DNA of 62,631 nucleotides, filler included, from Choristocarpus tenellus KU-1152 (GCA_964200185.2; 8 parts of 8 records of this genome joined end to end with filler, not necessarily neighbours in it), one strand, 5' to 3'; positions 39,600-52,317 are shown, numbered from the whole stretch's first letter. Translations and numbers: made by a program. Notes: generated from the sequence alone by a model not told the origin.

Positions 39600-40700
39600 A
39601 ATCCAACATACTTGACGACATGTGCATCGTGGAGCCTTGTACAAGCTTTATGGTCCACGTGCATCCTTACGGATTGGAGCTGCATATCCCATAATGGTAA
39701 GGTTTTGGAGAGTTTTGTAACATGGATGGGAGAACAAGCATTTATCGATGGTAAAAATAAAGAACAACAGAGGACACAGATATTGTGACCAAATCACTTG
39801 TCTCTAACTGTTGTTGTACTTGACCTGTTCTGAAGGACTTGCCCCCCAAACGTACTACACTAAGCAGTGATATGCGTATGCAATTGCCTGGTTGGCCTAT
39901 ATTCCAATGCAGCACCATAGGCATGGTCGTCCACATCAGTGCCATCCTCAGCAGGACTTCGCAAGGGCATATATTAAAATATTTCAATCCATGGTTACTA
40001 CAATCCAAAAAAATAGAGTGGCTCCACTTCTTGGGGTTAGCTCTGTTATAGAAACTATTTTGTGCTTGGCTTGGTTTTGTGTTGAAGTAGCATTGTAGAG
40101 AAGTTTTGTGTCCACTTTGTGTTAGAGTCAGGTTGAAGAGAAAATAATTCTGGACTTGCGTGTTTGTATCATGGAGCACCACTCTCCGTACAGTACGGTG
40201 TGCTTGCCTTAGCAAGGTGTTGCATTGCAGTATTCAATAGCATACCTCAGGAGCACAAAGACAGGTACAATAAATGCGAACTGACACTAGCGGGAGAGTG
40301 GAGCTGCATTGCAAAAATGAAAAGCGTGACCTCTTCTATGAACACAAAATTACTCTACTAATAGAGTGATAACAGCGCATCACATTTTTCTGTGTTAACA
40401 TTGGGTTGGACAAGGCTAGCTACAGACGTACATCCTTTCAATTGCAAGAAAATGACCAACGAAAATAAATCTGTTGTCTCAGAGCCAGCATTTGCCACGA
40501 AGCTGTTGGGTTAACATGACCTTTGCCAAGTGTTGGGCAAACATATCACTATCAACATTGAGCAAACTACAGTCCTGAAAATCAAAATTACGGCACAAGC
40601 AAATTCTTCCAAAGGTACTGTTAAGAGGATGTATCAACAACGAGACCTATTATCAGTGCAAGCCTTCTGGACACAGTCAGCAACATAGCACAGCAACACT
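39600..40700 (+). pseudogene. Decayed hAT-like transposase relic
   Basis: Frameshifted fragments in hAT order: TDWSC.SHNGKVLESF (HTGENI-like), KIILD...SWSTT (D..TRW.ST-like), LTLAGEWSCIAKM (L...EW..L-like). Many stops. Confidence 0.45.
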
Positions 40701-40709
40701 GCAGAATTT

Positions 40710-40892
40710 GACCCAAAGTATCTGGGGGGGCGAGGGGGGTCTACACCAGGGTGTCCATTTGTTCCAAAATCAGGAAAAGTGCATTTGCATTATCCATCCG
40801 AAGTATGCAATCAAATCACCCAAAAATCACCACATGAAAAAATTGACCCCAAACGGACAGTTGCCACCCCCCCCCCCCAGATACTTTGAGCC
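40710..40892 (+). mobile_element. MITE family A, full length
   Basis: gacccaaagtatctgggggg...cccagatactttgagcc, with TTT flanks. Confidence 0.85.
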
Positions 40893-42012
40893 TTTGATTT
40901 TTGCCCACAGGAGACACAACAACTGCATGGTGTGAGTTGAATAGAGCATAGACTGAGATGAGAAAAATATAGTATGCAATGCTTGCTTAATCCATTTCTT
41001 GCAATCATGTTTAACGTTTTATGTTTAGCAAAAACAACAATCATCAGCAAACAGAAAGCGTAACCCACGGCAGATGTCACAGGAGACCCACACCCAACTG
41101 CCTACCTAACATATGTGTTACAGGCGCCCCTCAATGCTCACCTTCCCAGGATGTACGAGTTAAGTCCGATTCAAAGATTATCAAACGTCAGCTCAGCAGA
41201 ACAGGGGTACTCTCAAATGAATCAATCAATATATGAAAAGTGTGTATTGGTATCAGTTAAGAGAGAACTGAATAAGTAGGGCTCTCTGGGTCAGAAGAAC
41301 TGAGCCGTTTGGAGCCGTTCTTAGGATCTCGTATCATCATTTACCGTTGGGGCTTCTTTGGTTTACAAACATAGGAATATATTTGAGAACCTTTGCGACC
41401 TTTCCGTCTGGGACCCTTTGCAAGTATATGAGTTACAGACTATATTCTGCAACTTTTAGGAAAATCGGAGTTCCCCCTTTTGGGGTTCCCNNNNNNNNNN
41501 NNNNNNNNNNNNNNNNNNNNNNNNNNNNNNNNNNTTAATTAATTAANNNNNNNNNNNNNNNNNNNNNNNNNNNNNNNNNNNNNNNNNNNNCCTCCCACTC
41601 TTCTCCCTCCTACCATGTGGGTACCCAGCTCATCCAGGAAGCATTCCGATTGCTTGCCGAGACGCCCAAAATTTTCCACCTCAAAGGTGTTGAGGTTATA
41701 ACTATGAGGATCAAAGGAGCCCTCGTATGCTCTGTATCGTTTCGTGTTTGTTGTTTTGGGTGTAACATAGTGTTGTGTGAGTGTTGTGTGAGTGTTGTGT
41801 GAGTGTTGTGTAAGTCACCGCACACAAACACATGGTTTTTGTTTACTCATCTCCTCCATTCATATATTTTTTTCACTTTTACACGTTTTTATGGTACGTT
41901 GCTTCATCTTCTTTCAACACATTCAACAAGTTCCAAAGGACGAACACATGATCCACCAACCCTTCGTATAGTGAGGATCCAAGAATAGGATTGGATAGTA
42001 GCTCAAGCTGCC

Positions 42013-45000
42013 ATGACTCTGCTGATGCTGGGTGCTCTCGTTGGTCTTTCTCCTTCAGCTCCCTCCGCTATGCCGCACATGATCCATGCCTATGTCCCTG
42101 TCTACGTAGTCCGTTCATGCTGTTATCGCAACTTGAGACGTCCAAGACCAATTTGGTCGACACAAAGCGACACAGAACGAACACCTGGAAGGAGATCTAG
42201 GCGGGGAAAGTACCCAGTGGTAGAGTTATGGAGGAAGGGTAGAGATCAGGTAGCGGAGGCTTGGGTGGGAGTGGAGGAGTCAAGGGTTGCTGAGGAGTGG
42301 GATCAGGGCTTCTCAACTCGACAGGAACATCTTCCCGCAGTCTCGGCTCTTGCGTTATTAGAGGGTCTGGGATTTGCGCGAGAAAAGACTGATGAGATGC
42401 TGGAATCCTTTCCAGCACTTGCTCACATCCATCCGGACAAGCTGGATATTGGACCCAAGTTGGTGAGAGAGACAGGAGGAACAGGAGGTAGCGTTGCACA
42501 AAATATTGGCCAACTGTCATGACGAAGGGGTTCGATTTCATTAGAAGTGCTCACTGTGGTGACTCCAAAGCGCCGCGAACATGAAAGAAAGAATTATATG
42601 CTACGACGTGGCCCAACTTCATACCTCACATCCTGTTTCACAGCTCTTCGTACGCAACACCATGGGTGGGGATGTGACTACATTATCTGACTATCCTCAG
42701 TTCTTCGGACATCCTCTAGAGAGGCATATCGCACCCAGACACGCCTTCCTCGTATCAAGTGGGCAATCAGCTGGGATGAGGTTGCTCGGGGGGCGATGTC
42801 AGGGCCTGAGGAAGATGCTGGATCTTCCCGTCAACAGGTAACCTAGGATGTTGCAAGCACCAAGAAATTTTGTCCCTTTCATCGCAATGAAACCGTCTTC
42901 TCAATTCATTGCTGCTTTGAAGTGCGCTCGGCAAGACTGCTGCGCGTTACCTATCCTATAATCACGTTTACAATTGTTTTATCCAATGCCTGTAATGGCT
43001 GAAACACATGTCAGGTTTGTGGCAGAGATGACACCAAACCGCACCGTCTCAGAATTCCGACTGTTTGAGCAGCATTTCCTTCGAGGTCCCTTCGACGCAG
43101 CGCGAAGAGGTGATGCTGAAGTACTTCGACTGTTGCGATCACATGGGTGAGTGAGTGAGTGAGTGAGGCCTTGAGTGTCGACTATTGTTGGTGTCGAAGG
43201 CAGTCTAGTATATATGCTAAGATAGCAATTCCTTTGTTCACCCACCTATATATTTTGCTGGTGCTCCTGGGAAGAAGATGCAACTTCCTGATGCCAACTG
43301 TTCATCCTACCATATGATAAAAAGTTAAGATATCACCTTTTTAGGGTTAGGGTTAGGTTTTGGGTAAATGCCATTCTTACTGGCAAGATTTTTTTTTACT
43401 ATGCGGCACACCTCAAGAAACGCAATTTTCGCACAACGCAACATAAAAATGGTTTAGCTTTTCACCTACCTAACAACTTTCTGGACCACAGACATAATGA
43501 AACTAGTGATCCCAAGCACTGTTTTGGATAACATACATTACTCTAGGAATGACCTCTGGCATTTGCCAAACAGGAGATGGTAGAGAGCAGAGATGTCCCT
43601 GAGTGCTGTCCAAGACAAATGACACCAAAGAATGGATTTGAGCCGTTTTCTGGACATGTGACACTAACCCTAACCCTAACCTTGTGAGTGAGTTGAACAA
43701 ATGCAATATTAATAATGATGTTAATGTAATGTGTATGTGAGAGTTCTTGCATTTCTCTTTTTTTCTTCTGCCACAATTCTTTTTTTGTTTTATTTTTATA
43801 TCTGTTTCACAACTCCTGACCCATGTGTTTGAGAAGATCAAAACAAACTGCGTAGTTGTGTGATAAATGGCAATTGTTCTAAGATAATCGCTGATGGTGT
43901 TATTTTGTAGATTGATTTCATGTTGGAAGGCGTATGCGTTGGAGTGTTTGCTGGACAACGGACTCTATAGAACAGCTATCCCCCAAACCTTGTCATTGTA
44001 ACTGGTGTTTCAGAGCAATTGCTCCTACTGTTTTTCTGGATAATGGAATTTCGTTGGGGGTCTTACTGGAGTCTTGTTTGGTGAGATGTGGAGATGAGAT
44101 GTGAGATTTTGGGAAACAGGAATGGTAATTGGAAGGCAAAGTATGATATGCAAAAGTCAGCATTTTATCTCATGTCCAATGTCCATAAGAACAGACAACA
44201 CTTTCCGTATGATGAGATGATTAAATACGATCGCACCTTTCATGTTCCAACTTCCTCCTGGACTGTGAGGGTTCTGTGACACATGAAATTTGAAACTGAA
44301 ATTTGAAACTGAACGACATGGAGTATGCTTATATCTTTACTGCAGGACCCTTTCGTCTCTTGATGCAATCCTCAAACTAGCAATGTTAACTGTCAATGAT
44401 ACAATGGTGTGGTACCTAGCTAACTCAAGTACCTAGTTAACCCTAACCCTAGTTAACTCAAATTAGAAGAAAAAAAAAGAGTCCCAATCAATGGTATTTT
44501 TTTTTTAGATTAGCAATGAGATTGGCTTCACCAATCGCAGGCACCCATTCCAATAAGAATATAAGTGTAAAAAAAAGAGTCCCCTTTGCTTTTCCTTCTG
44601 ATTTCTCAGAATTCCTCTCTCATCTCCCTGTGTCACCTTTTAAAATGCTCCACTAAGACACCACTAACCCTAGCCCTAACCCTAACCCTAAGACTTAATG
44701 GGCCGAGTATGGGCAAGCTGTACACAGAGTAACCCTAATGCTAGTGCTTGTGTTGCTTGGGCGTGTTGAGTGGTAACTCATGTCTTCATTGTTACCCTTC
44801 ACTCTGATGTCGCTAGAAATATCACCCTGAAAAATATTGTTTTCTTTTTTTGTACTGATAAGAATAGCCCTAGCCCTAGCGTTGCAATATTAATATTAGT
44901 ATTAATAGTATAGAGGAAGAAGACGAATCCCACCCAAGGTGCGATAACCCTTTCAGAGAGTGGGTTGACCTCTCCGTTGACGCCTTATATAAGGTTTCCA

Positions 45001-46662
45001 TGGAAACAATCTTAGGGTTAGGGTTAAAAAGAATATCGTATTGCTGTAAAGATATCTTCAACTCCAAGGGATTCAGGGTGTATTAATCCTGTGTGAACCC
45101 TCCTTATTGTGTGTAAGATGGGAAGATAATGACATTTTCTAGAGTAACAAGAATTTGTTTGAAGAATTATTTAATTAATTATTAATGGGATAGGGTTAGG
45201 GTTAGGGTTAGAATTGATTTATAATGCGGTTGAAAGGTTCCATTTTTGTTGGTCTATCTGTATGTTCTACATGTGACTCATTTCTCGTTTGTTTTTTTTT
45301 GACATTGGAGAGCAAGCACTGACTCATGGGTGTAACATGTGGCATATCTGACATGTCATTTTTTTTTTTATGACTCTTCTCATCTTCATGGATGTTCACT
45401 GTGGAGCTATACGTATATGTAGCAATTTTGAGAATAAAATGATCAAGAGGAGTTGTAATTTGTTTGAAGTTTGCTGGGTATATAGTAATACGTTAATAAA
45501 AAATGAGGTTTAGAAGGACTGGACAGATGTGTAACCATTTCTACCCTTTTGTAGCATAAGTTGTCCCTGATAGATATGGATGTGAAAGACAAATTTAGAA
45601 TGTGAATCAGCCGCAGAAGGCCCGATAAAATGGTGTCGTATGCCGGTATCGCTTTATTTTGCACAAATAATTTTTTGTTACTGTGTAGAAAATGTTCTGA
45701 ATCAAGGGGTGCCTGCTCAATAATGGAAGGAGCTCTTGCGGGGATTGAGTTGAGGTGACTGCAGGGTTCATCCCTTTAACTTTTTCTTTCTTTGGGGGAG
45801 TCATGCAGATGATTTTACTAGTACATTTGTAATTTACAGAGAGGAGTATGTATCAGTTATGTATCAGTTGAAAGGGGTAGTTTTTTCTCGGATTAAATAG
45901 TCTGCACCCCACCTTCACCCAATCAGATGCATTTATATATCACCCCATAAACTCACCTACTGCATCGTTCAGATATTTGCACAGTTCCTTGTATGCACAG
46001 CAGAGATGTAAAGAGGACTCTAAGATTCCACAACCTGCTAGTGATCCCCAGAAATTGTAGATTAGGGTTAGGGTTAGGGTTAGGGTTAGGGTTGACACAT
46101 CCCGAATGTGGGGGGTCAATGGGTCAGTACAACGGTAAGATATGGTAAGATATGGTAACCCTAACCCTAAGATATGTTGCTGACCGTATAAGCTAAGCCT
46201 AATTTGACTGTCGGTTTCTCTCTCAGTCATGTCATGTCGTATTGTGTCATGTTATGTCATATCACATCACATCACATCACACCTTCCTGCTGACTAAGCT
46301 ATGATCCTCTTTATCTCTGAAAAACAGCACCTATGTCTATACCAGGGTACACCTCCCATTCTGATCTCGATCTGCTTTGGTTCTCACATCAATTTGGATG
46401 CACCTGTGCAGGGCCAGCCTTGTTTTTGATCCATTGTTGCGTGTGCGACTGTGTTAGGTGGGACTGCCAGGAGACTGATCGTCGGGGACGTACAGCCCTT
46501 CACTGGGCGGCTGGCGCTGGAGCTGCAGAGGCCTGCGAGGCGTTGACAGAGGGTGTTGATGGTGTTGGAGTAGCAGATGTGGGAGAAGATGGGTCGACCC
46601 CTTTACACTGGGCTGCTGCTGGAGTAGAAGCAAAGCGCTTTGGGACTGGGGGTCATCCTGAT
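42013..46662 (+). CDS. mTERF-like repeat plus ankyrin-repeat fusion protein, putatively plastid-targeted; 3' end beyond contig
   Basis: Exons 42013-42462, 42644-42837, 43015-43146 and 46458-46662 splice in phase. mTERF-like motifs: LEGLGF...MLESFPAL...IGPKLLF and YPQFFGHPLERHIAPRHAFL. Ankyrin motifs: AARRGDAEVLRLL, GRTALHWAA, GSTPLHWAA. N-terminal hydrophobic leader ending IHA-YVP. Confidence 0.75.
43342..46170. repeat. Cluster of interstitial telomere-like (TTAGGG/CCCTAA)n tracts
   Basis: Tracts at ~43342, 43663, 44438, 44665, 44866 (variant), 45012, 45191, 46062 and 46157, in both orientations, all inside one intron. Confidence 0.85.
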
Positions 46663-47244
46663 GTGAGGATTGTGGAGTAGCATTGTGTTGAGAGTGTAAC
46701 AGTGCTGAGATGTGGTTTGCCACTTTGAAATACTATGAGTGTTTGATGACTACTCTTGAAAGTATGTGGGTATGTGTTCCATGATTTTGATTGTGGATAT
46801 TGATTGTACAGGTTTAGTACAGGTTTAGAATTTTGAACCAAAAGTTTTAGGGGGTTTTTCGATGCAATTGGTTGGACTTAAAACAGCTTGCACCACAAAG
46901 AAATTTTAACAGAGAATGCAGGGTGAGAAAATGACCAATTGAATCAAACACTCTGATTTGAATGTTGCTTCTTGCTTGCTTTGTTGAATTGTTACCCTTT
47001 GCAATGTTGACACATATACTCACAGGGTGTTTGCCAAACGTGCATTAATTTGATGGCCTTGGTAACATGCAGTGAAAATGACTTAGATAAACAATGGGTA
47101 AAAGCTTGAAATTCGATTTGGACCTAAACACAGAATATGCTGCCTACAATGTGCATGGCATTCTTGCTTGTCTGAGGGGGGGTGATTAGATCTGATTGGA
47201 GCTCTTCCGCTGGCTCAAGGGTTGATAAAGAGATAAGATAAACT

Positions 47245-47331
47245 GGGTCAGAGTATCTGGGGGGGGTGTCGGCGTCCATTTTTCACCCTTTTTTCGCTTT
47301 TCACTTTTTTGGTGTGATTTGGTCGCACGTG
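47245..47331. mobile_element. MITE family A-related end (diverged subfamily) at contig break
   Basis: gggtcagagtatctgggggggg...gtccattt, then the gap. Confidence 0.6.
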
Positions 47332-47663
47332 NNNNNNNNNNNNNNNNNNNNNNNNNNNNNNNNNNNNNNNNNNNNTTAATTAATTAANNNNNNNNNNNNN
47401 NNNNNNNNNNNNNNNNNNNNNNNNNNNNNNNTTTCGATGCTGAAGTAAGAAAAAAGATTTAAAATCAGAAAGTGTATTTGAAGAACTTTAAAAAAAAATC
47501 GGAAGCGAACACATGAGGCATCCACAACCAAAAACCAGTCATGTACATCAGTAACAGTTGATGGGTAATGACTGGGTGACATCATACCACTGTCAGTACT
47601 TTCCTTAGGTCTTGCAAGGAACCTTTCTAGAGTGAACACTTCTCAACAGTCCTGGACAACTTA

Positions 47664-50290
47664 CCTGGGCTACTGATGCGCAATTGGCTAGCCTTCTTCT
47701 CCATAACCGTTATCAGCGTAGCAAAGGGTAGGTGAGCCACCACGCGACTGGATTCAGACCTTGTCTCCTTAACCTTGTCGTTGGTTGTCAATAGATTGAG
47801 GGATGCGGGTTGGAGGGCATGGGGATTGGGTGATGTTGACGGTTGAGCGGGACAATTGCACTAGATCTTAGTTGACAACCTCACTAAAGGCTACTTCATG
47901 CATAGACTAACTGCTGTTGTAGCACCATTTTAATTGTCATACATATAGAGCAGTGGAGAAGCAAAGGTGGTTAAGGGATTTCCTCAGAGCGTAATTTGAG
48001 CCCATGAAAACGAGTGTCAGTGCTACAGCAGGGTTAATAGTTACAAGTACACTGTCAGAGACAATTTGGTATGGGGCGAACTAAGCTAGTTAGCCTGAAA
48101 CGCTCTGTGGTTCATAGAAACTAACGAAGAAAATTCACCGCAACAACGGCACCAGGTTTCCATTATACCCAATTTCACCCAATCGCGCCTGAAAGCTCCA
48201 GCATCAGTAGAACTCAAGAAAACAAACAATACATCGTTTTTCCTGTCTATTTCGCAACGCACAGCAGTAATTGTAAACACACCCACCCGAGCACTTGATT
48301 GCTATTGCGACGTTTCAAGCTCACATCAACACCATGGTCGCCTAGAACATGCCATGTCTGCTCCTTCGTCACGTCTGGCATTGCCTTGAGTGTTGAGGCA
48401 TGGATGAACCCTGAGGCCTGAAGAGCCAATGCTGGGATCTGGGACCTACAGAGGACACGCTGGTGTCCTAGCTCTACTGGCATCCCTATTCAACAGAAAG
48501 ATAGAATGGACGGAGTATATCATCGGGAATCAGAGACGCCCAAACATCACGGTAGCAACTATACAGACACGTGCCCTCAACTTCTTAGTTACCACAAAAC
48601 TGTCTGCAGAGGCTGGCATATACAAGATGTTGCAAAAAACGCACGAGTTGAGAAGAAATCACCTCCCAGAATATATCGGAGAGATCGCGAACATTACAAC
48701 TGGTGTAAGTTTCAGTCAGCAATCATACCTCCGTATAAATCCTTGACAAGAGATCAAATCGACTACGTGTCTCTCAAGGATGTGTATTCGAATTGATCAG
48801 CTTCGCACTGCCACAATCAACTCGACAATCACACGATATTTTAGTACGTGTCTACCTCCTCCAACGAACGGCAACACAAATAATCAATTGAGAGCAGTAA
48901 GTAGTAAAGGTAGTATAACTAGTAGTTCGAAGGAGTTCAGATTTGGAGGCGTGATAGTCATATTGTATACCTAAGGACCTAATCACCTTCCTTACCTTTA
49001 AAAGTGTTGGCTTAACCAAGTTGAAGCACGTTGAAGAGTCGCTTGGCATCGAGGTCTGCATCTACCCCTTCGCAGGTAGTTCTCTACCATATAAAGCCTT
49101 CTAAGGTTCCTCTCTCTGTCAGGAAGTACATATGAAGAGGGCAATTGCAACTATTGCTGTGGCAGTAGTGGTCCTCTGCCATGAAGCTGCCACATTCGTG
49201 CTCGCCCCAGCGTTTCGAGGGGTGGTTCAAGGGGTGAGTATGGTGTGTTCGCATATGATTTCACAGAGATATTGAGGTATCACTTGTTGAGAGATAGGCA
49301 ATGAAAGTCTTTTCGTGACCCTATTGCTCAAGACAGTGTTGACGAGTCGTGTGCTACGCAAACTTGTCATGTTTGTCAACTCACCCCGACACCATGAAGG
49401 GGAAATGGTATTGAAGCCATGAATCTTGATGCAGTTCTTCTTGCTGCTGCTTCCGTCCGTCCTGCCCGTCTGCTGTCTAACAACCCGGTCGACCTTGTAC
49501 AGACACTGGGGACGCGTAGCACGGTTACAGGAAAATCCAAGCTCTGCATGATGGTGGGTTCTCGTGTTAATTCGCATTTTAATTTCAACATTTTTCTCTG
49601 GTGTACATGTTCGATCCGCCTCCAACCCATCACTCCCAGATTAGTACCTATGGTAGTGAAGTATCATCCTCTCAAACGAGTCCTGCACCCTGCGTGGACA
49701 TGAGTCTGTCCATGCCTACTCGTGATACATGCAATGCTTTTGACTAGCTTCTGCTAACGCCCCTCGTAGCCCCTGGCAAGGTGGGAAATCCCTTCCCCTC
49801 TGGAGCCGTAAGTTTATTATCGATATTGTGGAGACGAACATGAACTGAGGCATTTTTGCAACATGAATGTACCAAACAAGTGTGAAGAAGTGTCATTAAA
49901 TGGACCTGAGCATGCGTTAGGCTGTCCAAGGCCTCATTTATGTAAAAGGCGAAGGCGAAGGCCTTGAGATTCTGTTGCATGTGGTTTCTCAAACTCCGCA
50001 ATTTTGGGGGGGTGGGGCTGTGGTGGCTTCCAGGCGGTGAAAGAAGACTTCGACGTGAACGGGTTGACCGCAGATGCGGAGGAGAGGATGATGAAATCTG
50101 TCGAGTCCGTCAGAGCAAACCTTCAGACGCTAAGGACAGGAAGGGCCAGGTAAGGGAAGTGTCGGGGGAGTGGGAGGAAGAAATCTATAGGAACTTGTGC
50201 AGCTGAGGTTTGACTCAAATATACTCTCCTCAGCGATCCTACCACCGCACCATATACTCTGAGAAGTCCTATCTACCAGTCCTTGCACCC
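47664..50290 (-). CDS. Multi-exon gene of unknown function (exon structure only partly resolved)
   Basis: Several AG/GT-bounded open segments, e.g. ~49505-49385 CLYKVDRVVRQQTGRTDG...ISPSWCR, ~48417-48287 ASGFIHASTLKAMPDVTKEQTWHVLGDHGVDVSLKRRNSNQVL, and ~47775-47664 VKETRSESSRVVAHLPFATLITVMEKKASQLRISSP (SH3-like flavour). Confidence 0.4.
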
Positions 50291-51687
50291 TATTAATAAT
50301 TAAGAACAGGTGGGTCACTCGTAACCTCTTTTGTTTTGTTTCGTAGACGCTTGTGTCCCCACCCTTGCCACTGTACTGTTGTGCCGTTTCCCTTGCCCCT
50401 CCTGCAACCGTTCAAACCTACCTCCTAGTTTCTTTCATATTATGCTGTATGCCATAGCATCTTCTCCTGTCCCCCCAACAAACGCATATACTACGCCTTC
50501 CCTGTACGTGTGTGTCGCTAGTATCAATAACCCTAACCCTAACCCTCTACGAGGGAGGCGTCGTTGAGTTAGAAGGGTCCTTGCCGTGCATCTTTTTTTT
50601 TCTTATCACTATCGCTCCGGAGGGCACTGTTGGCGTGCAATCCCCTTCTCTAAGGCCACGCTCTGAGAGGTTTGGCGAGTGGCATATTAATCAGTTCATG
50701 GCATTTATTTATTTTTTAGGGAGTTAAGCGTGTTTCAGGTCGTGTATGCAAGAGGGTTTCGAGGTCCTGGAAGGCCTTCAATTGCAAGAGGGTCAAGACC
50801 TACCTCCTTCTTTCATGTGTTCACTCCCTTGACCGCTAGCCATAGACCTATTTCCTCCTCTGTGAGTTGCTCCCACAGAGCAATTCGCATCAGCCTGTTT
50901 TTTCTATTTGCTTAGGAGCATCTCTTCTTGACTTACTACACGCCTCACAAAAGCCTCTACCAAACGCCTTCCTGTATTTCATCGACCAAAATACACCAGG
51001 CCTCCATCCTTTTGTATCCCCGTGTCTATATTTATCAGTAGACCGCCTTCTTGTCTTTTCTGCTGGTACAACTCCATCCCATGCGAATGTCATAGTGGTT
51101 GGGGTTAGGGTTAGGGTTAGGGTAGTACAATTGCAGAGTACTCTTTTCATGAATAGTCCCCAATTTCAGTGTTGGTATGAGGCAATATCCCCCACTCTCA
51201 AGAGAACCACAAAAAAAAAAAATTAAACTAACGCTCCGATCATCATCTCTGAATTGTGAGTAATAAAAAATAATAAATAAAAATTTAAAAAAAGTGAGTT
51301 ATGCTTTTCCCCCGCTTCTCAAAAATGAAATCGGTAGCGCTCTGGGCCGCGGCCTCTGTCTGTCGCCCTGGAGCGCTTATCGATTGTGCACGAAAAACGA
51401 AAAAGCGCGATGTCAGAGCAAAAAATAAATAATTAATAAAATTAATAAAAGGCGTTCATTTTTTTTTTTTTGAGAGAGAGAGAGTGAAATGACTCGGCGT
51501 TCTTCCCGAACATACCCTCACAGAGNNNNNNNNNNNNNNNNNNNNNNNNNNNNNNNNNNNNNNNNNNNNTTAATTAATTAANNNNNNNNNNNNNNNNNNN
51601 NNNNNNNNNNNNNNNNNNNNNNNNNCCCCCACAGCCTTGAGTCCTTTCCCCCCTCCATTTTTTTGTTACTCCCTATGCCGAATAAAA

Positions 51688-52317
51688 ATGGTTGTGCTCA
51701 CAGCGGCTGCAGCAGAGGAACGACTTCGACAACAGGAAGAAATGGGACTCGACAGAGGTGGAGCAGGTGTTAATGGGGGACTCCACCATGAGGTCCATCC
51801 AGGTCATGGAGGATTGGAGGAGCACCACCAGCACCACGCTGCCCTGACAGGAGAGGAGCGCCAGCAGGCGTTTGAGGCACACCAACACCACCAACAGCAT
51901 CACCATAGTGCATATCACCACCCAGGAGAGCACCACGAGGAGGTGGGCTTGGATCACCACCACCAGGCATTACAGCAGCACCACCAGCAGAGTATGGAGC
52001 AGCACTATCACCATCAGCAAGCCCTTGAGTATCAGCAACACCTGCAGCAGCAACATCACCAGCAGCACCATCAGCAGTTTCACCACATGCACCAGCAGCA
52101 GCAACAGCAGCATCATCAACCACAGCATCTCCAGCACCATGAAGAGGAGCAGGCTCCTGAGCATCACCATGCTGCAACTCACCCTATGAACCACCAACAA
52201 ATACACCCTGGACACCAAGTGATGGCGGGGCACCATGGCATGGGACACCCTCAGGATATGCACCATGGACAAATCCAGGGGAGGCATGAGATGGAGGGTG
52301 GTCAGCAGGAAATATGA
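51688..52317 (+). CDS. His/Gln-rich low-complexity protein
   Basis: Uninterrupted 209-aa ORF with AAAAATGG start context and mixed CAC/CAT/CAG/CAA codons rather than a pure microsatellite. Could be the terminal exon of a larger gene cut by the gap. Confidence 0.6.
   Translation: MVVLTAAAAEERLRQQEEMGLDRGGAGVNGGLHHEVHPGHGGLEEHHQHHAALTGEERQQAFEAHQHHQQHHHSAYHHPGEHHEEVGLDHHHQALQQHHQQSMEQHYHHQQALEYQQHLQQQHHQQHHQQFHHMHQQQQQQHHQPQHLQHHEEEQAPEHHHAATHPMNHQQIHPGHQVMAGHHGMGHPQDMHHGQIQGRHEMEGGQQEI

Noticed and set aside
51673-52287. Minus-strand hydrophobic (Met/Leu/Val-rich) ORFs
   Set aside because: Antisense of the CAC/CAG-rich His/Gln ORF.
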